52,514 nucleotides of DNA, from positions 1 to 52,514 of IMG/VR virus record IMGVR_UViG_3300045988_014767; one strand, written 5' to 3'. The notes beneath the pieces are model-generated. The model was given only the letters and a program-made list of their open reading frames with translations. It made no database searches and was not told where the DNA came from. Source of the DNA: a virus. This document shows positions 8,211 through 16,458 of this stretch, one piece after another (the stretch's first letter is position 1; every line of letters starts with the position of its first letter). Position numbers and translations under genes: made by a program.

Positions 8211-8612
8211 ATGGGCAATAAAGACGAAAAAAACGCCATTCGTGAATGGATTGAAACCATTAAATACAAGAAAAGGATGACCCAACAAGACATTGCAAAA
8301 GAATTGGGTGTGTCCAAAACATATCTATCCGATGTTATTACGGGGCGTTCCCCTTATTCGGATAAACTAAAACAAAGGCTTTCCGAACTCTATTCGGATT
8401 GCATTGTTGATTCCCCAGTCATGTATGGCGGAAATGTGGAACAAGCCAACGTAATGGGCGACAACATCAAGAATGCCGCCGATACCGGGATGCAAAGCGA
8501 ATTATCCAAGTTGATTGATTTGCTTGCGTCCAAGGAATTGTCGTTGCAAAAGGCGCAAGAACACATTGACCGCCTGTTGGCAATCATTGATAATCTCACA
8601 AAACAAGGATAA
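8211..8612 (+). CDS. XRE-family HTH regulator (CI-like candidate, no S24 peptidase domain)
   Basis: MTQQDIAKELGVSKTYLSDVITGRS is an HTH_3 motif. The C-terminal part is coiled-coil-like. Confidence 0.7.
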   Translation: MGNKDEKNAIREWIETIKYKKRMTQQDIAKELGVSKTYLSDVITGRSPYSDKLKQRLSELYSDCIVDSPVMYGGNVEQANVMGDNIKNAADTGMQSELSKLIDLLASKELSLQKAQEHIDRLLAIIDNLTKQG

Positions 8613-8614
8613 GA

Positions 8615-8809
8615 ATGGAAACAATCACAATCAACGTTGCCGATTATTATGGCAACCCATCTTATTATTCGGTCATGCCGGATGCCATATTTGATGCCCT
8701 TGAATTGGCATCGCTCAAAGGTGAACAAACAACCGACATCAACAAAGAATTGTTTGATGCCATGATTGAAGCATACAAAACCAAGATGGCACAATGGGAA
8801 AGCAAGTGA
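8615..8809 (+). CDS. Hypothetical protein (64 aa)
   Basis: ORF tightly coupled to the upstream gene. Confidence 0.45.
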   Translation: METITINVADYYGNPSYYSVMPDAIFDALELASLKGEQTTDINKELFDAMIEAYKTKMAQWESK

Positions 8810-9231
8810 AAAACTATTGGATTGCACTTGCATTGATATTTTTGCAATTGCTTAGTGGGTGTTCTTCATCAGATGACGATACGCCCGATGTGGCATTGTC
8901 CGACATATCCGGGGTATGGCTTGAATATGCTTACTTGTGTTCGGATGGTTATTTCGTGGACATATCAGATACCGGGGATTGCATATACTTTGACTTTGCA
9001 CGCCCAAATACGTTCAATCAATACACAATCAATGATGGGCAAAAGGAAATGTCAATGCAAGGCACATGGACATTCAACCCCGAAACAAGCATGGCAAGCA
9101 TCAAAGAACCGCGTGGATGGGATTTGGAAATTTCATTCACTTTCAAGGATGCCAACGATGCCACATTATATATAATAGGTAAGACTGACAATCAGACAAG
9201 AACAATCAAAGCCAAACGCATAAGCCAATGA
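8794..9231 (+). CDS. Lipoprotein (145 aa), lysogeny-module moron
   Basis: Signal peptide with lipobox LLSGC followed by SSSDDD. Confidence 0.65.
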   Translation: MGKQVKNYWIALALIFLQLLSGCSSSDDDTPDVALSDISGVWLEYAYLCSDGYFVDISDTGDCIYFDFARPNTFNQYTINDGQKEMSMQGTWTFNPETSMASIKEPRGWDLEISFTFKDANDATLYIIGKTDNQTRTIKAKRISQ

Positions 9232-9539
9232 AAAAGTCTATCAACCCAAAGGCAATTGAAATCCAACGGCGATTCTTCGCGGCTTTGGAACTTGTTATTG
9301 CATCAAAGCAATTGAAAGGCTTGAAAACCTTTTGTGAAAGCCATGATTTGAACCGAACCAAGTATTCACGCATAAAAAATGAATTGGATAAGCCACTTGA
9401 AGCGACAAAATACAAAATGATTGATTTGGATGCCCTTGCCGCCCTGTGTTCGGATTTCGGGGTCAATCCTGAATGGCTGTTGCTTGGCATTGGGGATATG
9501 TTGAAAAAGGATAAGCCATGCACATCAAGAAAAAAATAA
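9228..9539 (+). CDS. Second repressor-like HTH protein (103 aa)
   Basis: C-terminal ...LAALCSDFGVNPEWLLLGIGDM resembles CI/C2-type HTH domain ends. Confidence 0.5.
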   Translation: MKKSINPKAIEIQRRFFAALELVIASKQLKGLKTFCESHDLNRTKYSRIKNELDKPLEATKYKMIDLDALAALCSDFGVNPEWLLLGIGDMLKKDKPCTSRKK

Positions 9540-10795
9540 AATTCTTACTCCACAAGCGTAATCCAAACCAATTGACAAACCTTGCCATCCGCTTGCGCAT
9601 TACGCTTCATGGAGAACGCCCCTTGGACTTTCCAACTGGGCATAATATAGACATCACGGATTGGGATGCCGAAAAGGGGCGTGCCTTGCCCTCTTGCAAA
9701 GCTGCATCAGACATCAACCGCACCATTGATGAATGGATATCTATTTGCAATGAAATCTTCGCCCGTTATGAACTTCTTGAAAAGCGCATACCGACACCGG
9801 GCGAAATCAAGGATTTGTTCAATGATATGGTGGGGAGAAAGACAAAGTCGAATGCCGGGTTGCCATCCGTGAATGATGGCTTTTTTCCCGTGTTTGATGT
9901 GTTCACAAATGAAATGGGAAATCAAAATCAATGGACATCATCAACACATCAAAAGTTCAATGCCTTGCGGCAACATCTTAAATTGTATGATGCAAAATTA
10001 TCCTTTCCGACAATAACGGAAAGCAAGTTGCAAGGATATGTGGATTATCTGTTGAAAAAGGGATTGAGGAACACGACAATTGCCAAGAACCTTGCCTTTT
10101 TGCGTTGGTTCTTGCGTTGGGCTGCAAAGAAAGGCTATTATCAAGGCACGTTGCATGATACTTTCAAGCCTAAATTAAAGGGCATTGATGGAAATTCCAA
10201 GGAAATAATCTTCTTAACCCGTGACGAAATTTCACGCCTTGAATCTTGGCAATTTGCACCTACACAAGAAAGCCTTGCACGTGTCCGGGATGTGTTCTTG
10301 TTCTGCTGCTTTACCGGGTTGCGTTATTCGGATGTCGCCAAACTCAAACGTGCCGACATCAAGGATGGATTTATTGATGTAGTCACACAAAAAACAAATG
10401 ATGGATTGCGTATTGAGTTGAACAAGCATTCACAAGCAATATTGGACAAATACAAGGATGAAAACATCCGTGGTGGGCTTGCATTGCCTGTTATCTCAAA
10501 CGTGAAAATGAACGTGCAATTGAAAGCAATGGGGCAAGTTTGCGGAATCGATGAACCAACAAGAATTATATATTTCCATGGAAATGAAAGGCATGAACAA
10601 GTATTGCCGAAATGGGCATTGCTCACGACACATTGCGGGCGGCGAACCTTTGTTGTTACCGCCTTGCAACTTGGCATCCCAAGTGAGGTGATTATGAAAT
10701 GGACTGGGCATTCAGATATGAAAGCCATGAAACCTTATATGGCAATCGTGGATGAACTCAAAGCCCGTGCAATGTCAAGGTTTGATGAATTTTGA
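9518..10795 (+). CDS. int: Tyrosine site-specific integrase (Bacteroidales phage/ICE type)
   Basis: N-terminal arm-binding-like region, SAM-like core, catalytic-domain blocks TGLRYSD, HCGRRTF, WTGHSDMKAMKPYMAIV. Confidence 0.85.
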   Translation: MHIKKKIKFLLHKRNPNQLTNLAIRLRITLHGERPLDFPTGHNIDITDWDAEKGRALPSCKAASDINRTIDEWISICNEIFARYELLEKRIPTPGEIKDLFNDMVGRKTKSNAGLPSVNDGFFPVFDVFTNEMGNQNQWTSSTHQKFNALRQHLKLYDAKLSFPTITESKLQGYVDYLLKKGLRNTTIAKNLAFLRWFLRWAAKKGYYQGTLHDTFKPKLKGIDGNSKEIIFLTRDEISRLESWQFAPTQESLARVRDVFLFCCFTGLRYSDVAKLKRADIKDGFIDVVTQKTNDGLRIELNKHSQAILDKYKDENIRGGLALPVISNVKMNVQLKAMGQVCGIDEPTRIIYFHGNERHEQVLPKWALLTTHCGRRTFVVTALQLGIPSEVIMKWTGHSDMKAMKPYMAIVDELKARAMSRFDEF

Positions 10796-10799
10796 TGAT

Positions 10800-10851
10800 G
10801 TACACGAAAAATGGAACAAAAACCCATGTACACGATTTTGTACACGATTTT
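10800..10851 (+). repeat. Three direct GTACACGA(A/T)(A/T)(A/T) repeats (putative integrase arm sites, left set)
   Basis: gtacacgaaaa at 10800; tgtacacgatttt at 10827 and 10839. Confidence 0.55.
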
Positions 10852-10954
10852 AACGCCCTCAAATGGTATTGTGTGGTATTGTAAAACACCGATGGAAAAG
10901 GCGAAAAGCCTTGTTTTCTGCAAAATGGCATTTCGTGGAATTGTACTTTATCAA

Positions 10955-10978
10955 GGGTTTGACTTCCCCTCTCTCCGC
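10955..10978 (+). other. Candidate attP core resembling the 3' end of a tRNA-Ser (T-loop-like TTTGACT, acceptor TCTCTCC, discriminator G)
   Basis: gggtttgacttcccctctctccgc compared with the canonical GGTTCGAATCC-CTCTCTCCG-CCA. It lies between the two arm-repeat sets. No full cloverleaf is present. Confidence 0.35.
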
Positions 10979-11011
10979 AATAAACATTGATTTTCAATGA
11001 TTTACTAAATT

Positions 11012-11035
11012 TGTACACGAAAATGTACACGAAAC
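11012..11035 (+). repeat. Two tandem TGTACACGAAA(A/C) repeats (putative arm sites, right set)
   Basis: tgtacacgaaaa at 11012 and tgtacacgaaac at 11024, in the same orientation as the left set. Confidence 0.55.
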
Positions 11036-11065
11036 GCCCGAATTTTAACACTTTCGGGCGTTTTT
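11032..11065. terminator. Bidirectional-type intrinsic terminator hairpin
   Basis: 11-bp stem aaacgcccgaa/ttcgggcgttt, 10-nt loop, A-tract 5' and T-tract 3'. Confidence 0.55.
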
Positions 11066-11102
11066 CATTATTAAAAATCAGGCACCACCCCATAAGATTG
11101 AA

Positions 11103-11150
11103 GCCCGGCAAAACCGGGCTTCTGCATTGTTCCCCGGTGCAACTCCGGGG
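11103..11150 (-). terminator. Two GC hairpins downstream of the lysis cassette
   Basis: gcccgg-caaaa-ccgggc (11103..11119) and ccccgg-tgcaact-ccgggg (11132..11150). Weak U-tracts. Confidence 0.4.
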
Positions 11151-11226
11151 CTTTCGCAACAATGTGAGTGCAAAGTTAATGGATTTTTCATAAAATCTTG
11201 CGTATTCCTGCAAGTATCTTTCTAAT

Positions 11227-11736
11227 TCAATCCAAAATGGGCATTCTTTTCCAATATAACACCAAGGCAAGTGCAATCACGGCAATGCAAGCCCAACGCC
11301 AATTGAATGATGATGTTTTTGTGGCTTCTTGCTTTTGGATGTGGTTTTGCTGCTTTGACAACTCCGCATTTTCTTGCGTTTCCTCGCTTTCCTTGGATTC
11401 GTTGCTTTTGCCGCTTTGTTCCACACCTTTTTCAATGATTGTTTGCTTGATGCCCTTGATTGCTCCCTTGACATTGCCAAAGGTAGGCAAACGGACATCC
11501 GCCATTGGTGGTGTATCTGTTGCCGTATCAGGGGCAAAAAATGTGATTTCGGTGATTGTTACCTTGCCCGTTTCCGTGCGTGTGGTGTCAATCGCCCGTT
11601 GTTCCCTCTCGATGCGTGCCGATGATGCCGCCACGCTGTCCACGTTGCTTTTGTCGCTCTGGCTTTCCATGTTCCGGGTTGCCCGGCATGACACAAGGGC
11701 AATAAGCAAAATCAGGTATGAAAGAAACTTTCCCAT
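11227..11736 (-). CDS. Unimolecular spanin candidate (N-terminal lipoprotein signal plus C-terminal TM)
   Basis: MGKFLSYLILLIALVSC lipobox and C-terminal WACIAVIALALVLYW. Sits immediately after the endolysin. Confidence 0.6.
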   Translation of the reverse strand: MGKFLSYLILLIALVSCRATRNMESQSDKSNVDSVAASSARIEREQRAIDTTRTETGKVTITEITFFAPDTATDTPPMADVRLPTFGNVKGAIKGIKQTIIEKGVEQSGKSNESKESEETQENAELSKQQNHIQKQEATKTSSFNWRWACIAVIALALVLYWKRMPILD

Positions 11737-11738
11737 AA

Positions 11739-12332
11739 TCACAACTTTTTGATGTCCTGCAAACGGTTCAACCACCCCTTGATAAAACGCTTTTGGGTGT
11801 ACTTCAACAATTCCGCATCGGTTGCCTTTCGCCCAATCTTCTTTTCATAGGCTGCAACACTGTTTGAAACAATGGCATTCAAGAACTTCACACGTTCTTG
11901 ATATATCGCATCAAACAATTCTTCGGGGTCTGCAAAGTTCACCGCCGAAAGGGTTTTATCTCCAACGATGCCATCAACCTTGACCCCAAGCAATGCTTGC
12001 GGCTTCTTGATGCCGTGGATGCCTGACCCCCAAACCCAATCAACAAGGATGTTGGCAACCTTTTGGGAATGGATGTCATCGGCTTTCCATTTATCCCAAA
12101 ACATAGTTTTCACTATCTCGCGCCAATGGGCATCGGGTATGTTCTTCAAGCGTTCCACCGTTGGGCGTGGATAACCCTTGCGTTTGCAATATGCTTCATA
12201 CGTTGCCAAGGTAACGCCCTTGTTTGTAGCCCCGCCCCTGTCGGTGGGGTCATTCACAAATCCGCCCTCCCATTTAAGGATGAACGGAATCAACTTATCA
12301 ATGTTTGCCATCTTCGTTGTCTTTTGGTTCAA
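11739..12332 (-). CDS. Endolysin, GH108-type muramidase with PG-binding C-terminal domain
   Basis: [28 protein letters not shown] is the GH108 signature. The start may be the internal MANIDK at 12311. Confidence 0.8.
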   Translation of the reverse strand: MNQKTTKMANIDKLIPFILKWEGGFVNDPTDRGGATNKGVTLATYEAYCKRKGYPRPTVERLKNIPDAHWREIVKTMFWDKWKADDIHSQKVANILVDWVWGSGIHGIKKPQALLGVKVDGIVGDKTLSAVNFADPEELFDAIYQERVKFLNAIVSNSVAAYEKKIGRKATDAELLKYTQKRFIKGWLNRLQDIKKL

Positions 12333-12903
12333 TGTATGATGGACATTTTGTTACATCACAATGTACCTTACCACGATAAGCACATACCATGTTGCCGCAA
12401 CGGGGTTTTATCTCCGGCGGTTGTGGTTGTTCCTCTTTCAATTCGTGCAAGTCGATGTCAAAATGCCTTTCCGTTTTATCCACCATTATGCGCTGGGCAA
12501 TCTTCGCCCACTTTGCATCATTGCAACTTGATTCATTTTCAAGCATTGACCAAATTTGCCAAAAGCACACCGCCCCGGCAACGATTTGGGGCAAATGCAA
12601 GGAAACTTCGGGAAATACCATCACATCAATCAGATGCACAAGTATTGTCAAGGAATACACCTTGATAAGCGTTACAAAGACACGCCCGGCATAGTTGGAT
12701 TTGAATTTTCCATCATTCGCACCGGGAAATCTTTTCTTCACTCTCTTTGACAACGCCCAAGCCGTGTAACAATCAGCAAGCACGGCAAGGGTACACACAA
12801 GGATGAATGGGAACGTGGGACGGATAACCGCAATGCACGCACCAACCAAACCCATAATGTGTTTGCCAAAGAACGAAACGATTGTTGAATGAATGTTCGT
12901 CAT
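12298..12903 (-). CDS. Holin (holin_4_1-like) with Cys-rich cytoplasmic C-terminal extension
   Basis: Three hydrophobic helices and a WSMLENESS block. The ~60-aa tail has C-x5-C-x8-C-x5-C. Confidence 0.65.
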   Translation of the reverse strand: MTNIHSTIVSFFGKHIMGLVGACIAVIRPTFPFILVCTLAVLADCYTAWALSKRVKKRFPGANDGKFKSNYAGRVFVTLIKVYSLTILVHLIDVMVFPEVSLHLPQIVAGAVCFWQIWSMLENESSCNDAKWAKIAQRIMVDKTERHFDIDLHELKEEQPQPPEIKPRCGNMVCAYRGKVHCDVTKCPSYIEPKDNEDGKH

Positions 12904-12912
12904 AACTTGAAA

Positions 12913-13323
12913 TCATGTAAAATGAAACATCTTGCCAACCTTTGCGATTGTGGTGTCAAACACAATGAAATCCACGGGCGGCAAGCCTTTTTGCAACCGT
13001 TCCGTTTTCCATGCTTGTTGCACCTGTTTCATTTCAGCCATCAAGTTATCTGACCCGGTAAAAACTGAACGGCGTGTGCCAACCACTTTCCCAAATTCAT
13101 CCTTGACAAAATAATCCCCATTCTCATCGGGGGTATCACGGAATTGGGCATCTGGCACAACTTGCATTTGCATACGCATCCCGGATGCGTTCTTTCCCGG
13201 AAATTTGGTTGGCTCGATTTTGGCTTTCTCAATGACAATTCTTTTGTCAAATAGTTCATCCAAATCAATGCCTTTACCAATTATCGCATCCGTTTCAATG
13301 TTGGAATCGCAAAATCTTGGCAT
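12913..13323 (-). CDS. Hypothetical protein (136 aa)
   Basis: Co-oriented ORF between the RT and the holin. Confidence 0.5.
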   Translation of the reverse strand: MPRFCDSNIETDAIIGKGIDLDELFDKRIVIEKAKIEPTKFPGKNASGMRMQMQVVPDAQFRDTPDENGDYFVKDEFGKVVGTRRSVFTGSDNLMAEMKQVQQAWKTERLQKGLPPVDFIVFDTTIAKVGKMFHFT

Positions 13324-13337
13324 AATTCACACACTCT

Positions 13338-13727
13338 TTAATTGTCCGACAAATCCTTGATGATTTTGGCATCCAAATCCTCGGTAAACTGCAAGTATTC
13401 CTTGTATTCGGCAACTGCCGCTTCATTTGGGGCAATGCCCAAAACGTGTTTGTTGTACGAATTGACCAAGGAAAATTCCGCCGTTTCATCAATGACGGAA
13501 CGGATGAAAGCACGCTTCAAGTTTGCCTTGTTGGGTTTGTCAAACGTGCGTACCTCATAGCATTTCCACCCGATTTGCGTTTCCTCGGTCTGCCCCTCCG
13601 GGATTCCCATTTCGGGTTCAATGTTGATTCGGTACACTGTTGAACCATCGTTATCATGTTCGATAACTGCCGGAATGCCATGCGCCATGTCATAATGGGC
13701 GTTTGGCTCTATCGAATTTAATTTCAT
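13338..13727 (-). CDS. Hypothetical protein (129 aa), overlaps the RT 3' end by 38 nt
   Basis: Co-oriented ORF. It does not look like an Avd four-helix bundle. Confidence 0.5.
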   Translation of the reverse strand: MKLNSIEPNAHYDMAHGIPAVIEHDNDGSTVYRINIEPEMGIPEGQTEETQIGWKCYEVRTFDKPNKANLKRAFIRSVIDETAEFSLVNSYNKHVLGIAPNEAAVAEYKEYLQFTEDLDAKIIKDLSDN

Positions 13728-14787
13728 ACGGAAATGAATTTGAAAGTTTGTTGAAAAAATGAATCGAATTTGAATACTTGCACCATCCCCACCAACTGCA
13801 AATGGCTTGCTTGTACTGCTCTTTCGTTGGTTTCTTCTTGCGCTTGTTCAACTTCGCCACCCGGCGGCAAAGATTTTGTTTGATGTTCTTGCGCAACAAC
13901 GTATGGGTGTGATAAAACACGAAACCAAGGAAATCAATGCCCCGTTTGTCCACGGGGAACACTTGATAATTACGTTTCACCTTTAATTGCAGCTTGCAGA
14001 AATAAGCCCGGATTTCGTGCAAAAGGTCATGCAATGATTGCTTGTCAGGTGCAAGGATAACAATATCATCGGCATATCGCCAATAATACTTTACGCGCTT
14101 TGCTTCCTTTATCCAATGGTCAAAGTATGCCAAGAACAAATTGGCAAAGTATTGGGAAAGATAATTGCCGATTGGCACGCCGTTCAATGATGTTGCCACC
14201 ATTTCACCCGTTTCAATGTCCGTGACAAAGTTTCGGATTGGCAAATCAGTGTTGGCGGATGAATCAATGATTTCATCCAACAATGCCAAAAGGCGATTAT
14301 CTTTTATCTTTCGCCTTACCACAATTTTCAACACTTCATGGTTGATTGATGGATAAAACTTGCGGACATCTATTTTTAAGCAATACTTTGTTCCCTCCTT
14401 GTCTTTCTTCAATGCCTTTTTCAAATCCTTGGCACAAGCATGGATGCCACGCTTCTTGATGCAAGAATATGTGTTGCCATTGAACACGGACACCCATATT
14501 GGTTCAAGGATGTTCATTACCGCATGATGCAAGATTCTGTCGGGAAAGTATGGCAATTGATAGATTTGCCGCTCCTTTGGTTCAAAAATCGTGAAAACGT
14601 GATATTTTGATGTCTTGAATGTTCCGTTTTTCAAACTCTCATGCAATGCAAGGATGTTGGCATCCCTGTTCTTGTCGTGCTGCTGCACACCATAGGAACG
14701 CAACTTGCCCTTGCGGGCTTTCTCATCCGCAAGTTTCAAGTTTTCCAAGGATATGACCTTTTCAAAAAGATTGCCAATTCTTTTCAT
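13690..14787 (-). CDS. DGR reverse transcriptase
   Basis: YADD catalytic motif (YWRYADDIVILA), DGR-typical GVPIGNYLSQYFANLFL block, N-terminal FEKVISLENLKLADEKARKGK. Confidence 0.9.
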   Translation of the reverse strand: MKRIGNLFEKVISLENLKLADEKARKGKLRSYGVQQHDKNRDANILALHESLKNGTFKTSKYHVFTIFEPKERQIYQLPYFPDRILHHAVMNILEPIWVSVFNGNTYSCIKKRGIHACAKDLKKALKKDKEGTKYCLKIDVRKFYPSINHEVLKIVVRRKIKDNRLLALLDEIIDSSANTDLPIRNFVTDIETGEMVATSLNGVPIGNYLSQYFANLFLAYFDHWIKEAKRVKYYWRYADDIVILAPDKQSLHDLLHEIRAYFCKLQLKVKRNYQVFPVDKRGIDFLGFVFYHTHTLLRKNIKQNLCRRVAKLNKRKKKPTKEQYKQAICSWWGWCKYSNSIHFFNKLSNSFPYEIKFDRAKRPL

Positions 14788-14948
14788 TGTCTTTCAAGTT
14801 TGCTTGTATATTAGGATTCTTCGGGTTGCCCCTACCAAAACCGTTCAACTTATTCTATTTTCTGCCGCCGGGCTTCTGTTCCCGGCTCATTCAACCCCGG
14901 ATGGGTTGTTTTTGTGGCAAGGTTTCCGATTAGCAACTATATTTTTAC

Positions 14949-15064
14949 AAGCATAGCTGAGAACCGATATTCGCATTCGCATTCGTAGCCGTGTTATTCG
15001 TATTCGCATAGACGAAGCCTGCATTCGCCGTATTATTCGCATTACCGCTGAACAAAACGCCACG
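14949..15064 (-). repeat. DGR template repeat (TR), 116 nt
   Basis: Non-coding copy between the target gene and the RT. The coding-strand reading RGVLFSGNANNTANAGFVYANTNNTATNANANIGSQLC has 10 AAY codons and 30 adenines. Confidence 0.9.
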
Positions 15065-15123
15065 ACACGGACAACCTTATTTTTTTCATTCAATCACACC
15101 GACATATCGGAATGGGCGATTTG

Positions 15124-15136
15124 GGCGTTTCACGCC
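15124..15136 (-). promoter_or_regulatory. GC hairpin 18 nt 3' of VR1 (GGCGT-GAA-ACGCC on the coding strand)
   Basis: 5-bp stem with a 3-nt loop, at an offset similar to the hairpin after VR2. Confidence 0.45.
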
Positions 15137-16458
15137 GCTTCGATTTGCGGGTCAAAGCAAAGCCGAGAACCGATATACGCAGTCGCATACGTAGCCGTGC
15201 TATCCGTACGCGCACAGACGAAGCCCGCAGCCGCCGTACTAGACGCACGACCGCCGAACAAAACGCCACGTTCACTTTCTCCCGATGTTGGTATGTTGGT
15301 GTAGAAATAATCGCAAAAATACGTTGTACTTCCACCACCTACCGCCAACGGCATGATTTCGCCATCTTCACCAAGGATAAGGGCTTTAACATAACCATCT
15401 GAACGTGGCAAGTTTCCACGATAATCATAATTGGTTGTGCCGGATGATGTGAAATTCGCCGGGTTGTCGCATACATAGAATTTGGACAAGCCGCCCGATT
15501 CTTCGCTTTGGATGATGCACTTGCACCCATCTGTCCACTTCCATATATGCCCGAATGGGTTTTCAACGCCACGGTAACGCGGAACGGCAAAGGTTTTCAC
15601 GGTTGAACCATCCGAGCCAATCACGTTGTAATCCACCGTTCCCGTATGGTTGCCAAGGCTGTTTGTAACTCCACAAGGCACAAGGGGATAATAACCATTA
15701 TAGTTACTCCATGATGTGCCATCCCATGTTGTGACACCTGCACCCAAGCCACCTTGATGATAACCGTTTTCATCCAAAGCCGCATTGAAATCAGCTTGTG
15801 AATTGAAATTGGCATATTCAACGGCGAATAACCACCACATCATTTTGTGCAAGCGGTACAAGTTGCAATTCCATTCCGTTGAACCACGCTTGCGGGCGTA
15901 TGCACGGAAATTGGTTAATGAAATGTTAGTTGCTGGCATTCCAAGCATCGTGCGGTATGTGCCATCACGGGTTGCATCATTGTTGCCACCTCGATAATCG
16001 GCATCAGTATTACAGACGGATGCAAGGGTGGTTGTGGAACGCTTCACGGTCGCTTCCACGCTGCCGATGTACCCTTTTCGCCAAAGATGGAAACCGGGCA
16101 AAGGTTCGGTGGATTGCAGATGTCGGCATTTGTTGCCATCCGTTTCAAAGCGGACATACATATCGGGCAACTCTGTTTCAATCTGCCCGGTTGCTCCCGT
16201 GAGGTCTGCCGCCGCTCCATTGTCCTGTTTGGTGGAATCATTGGCGTGCAAGTAATATGCAACGCTGCCATCATCTTTCAAGATGCAATTGCGCATCATG
16301 CTTTGCAAGGGCAATTCCTTGTGCAACTCCATCTTGCCGATGCGTGTGGGCTTCGGGTTGGAAACCGTGGTGTCCCACTCGATGCCATAATAATAATCAT
16401 AAGGGAATGTTGGCTTTGTGCTGCCAACGCCTACCATTAAACCCATATCAATAACCAT
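15130..16458 (-). CDS. DGR target protein 1 (442 aa), probable receptor-binding protein with C-terminal VR
   Basis: C-terminus RGVLFGGRASSTAAAGFVCARTDSTATYATAYIGSRLCFDPQIEAA is encoded by VR1. The gene follows the fibre genes. Confidence 0.85.
   Translation of the reverse strand: MVIDMGLMVGVGSTKPTFPYDYYYGIEWDTTVSNPKPTRIGKMELHKELPLQSMMRNCILKDDGSVAYYLHANDSTKQDNGAAADLTGATGQIETELPDMYVRFETDGNKCRHLQSTEPLPGFHLWRKGYIGSVEATVKRSTTTLASVCNTDADYRGGNNDATRDGTYRTMLGMPATNISLTNFRAYARKRGSTEWNCNLYRLHKMMWWLFAVEYANFNSQADFNAALDENGYHQGGLGAGVTTWDGTSWSNYNGYYPLVPCGVTNSLGNHTGTVDYNVIGSDGSTVKTFAVPRYRGVENPFGHIWKWTDGCKCIIQSEESGGLSKFYVCDNPANFTSSGTTNYDYRGNLPRSDGYVKALILGEDGEIMPLAVGGGSTTYFCDYFYTNIPTSGESERGVLFGGRASSTAAAGFVCARTDSTATYATAYIGSRLCFDPQIEAA
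15155..15270 (-). repeat. DGR variable repeat VR1 (116 nt)
   Basis: 19 differences from the TR, all at TR coding-strand adenines. Confidence 0.9.

Noticed and set aside
10955-10978. A complete tRNA gene in the int-proximal intergenic region
   Set aside because: Only a T-loop/acceptor-like 3' fragment is present. The 5' half does not pair into a cloverleaf and the T-loop deviates (TTTGACT). It is interpreted as an attP core fragment at low confidence. No tRNA gene was seen elsewhere in the window.
13338-13727. The 129-aa ORF downstream of the RT as the DGR accessory protein Avd
   Set aside because: The sequence does not look like a basic all-helical four-helix bundle; the first half looks beta-rich and acidic. 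It is kept only as a hypothetical protein.
13690-14787. RT as a retron, group II intron or Abi-type defence RT
   Set aside because: The adjacent TR/VR pair with adenine-only mismatches and the IGNYLSQ block identify a DGR RT. No intron RNA domains, maturase/En domains or msr/msd-like inverted repeats were seen.
14887-15338. Arg-rich ORFs (…RIRITRLRMRMRISVL…) at 14887..15093 and 15090..15338, and the similar one at 1908..2249
   Set aside because: They are out-of-frame translations of the TR, VR1 and VR2 repeats. Their mutual similarity simply reflects the DGR repeats.
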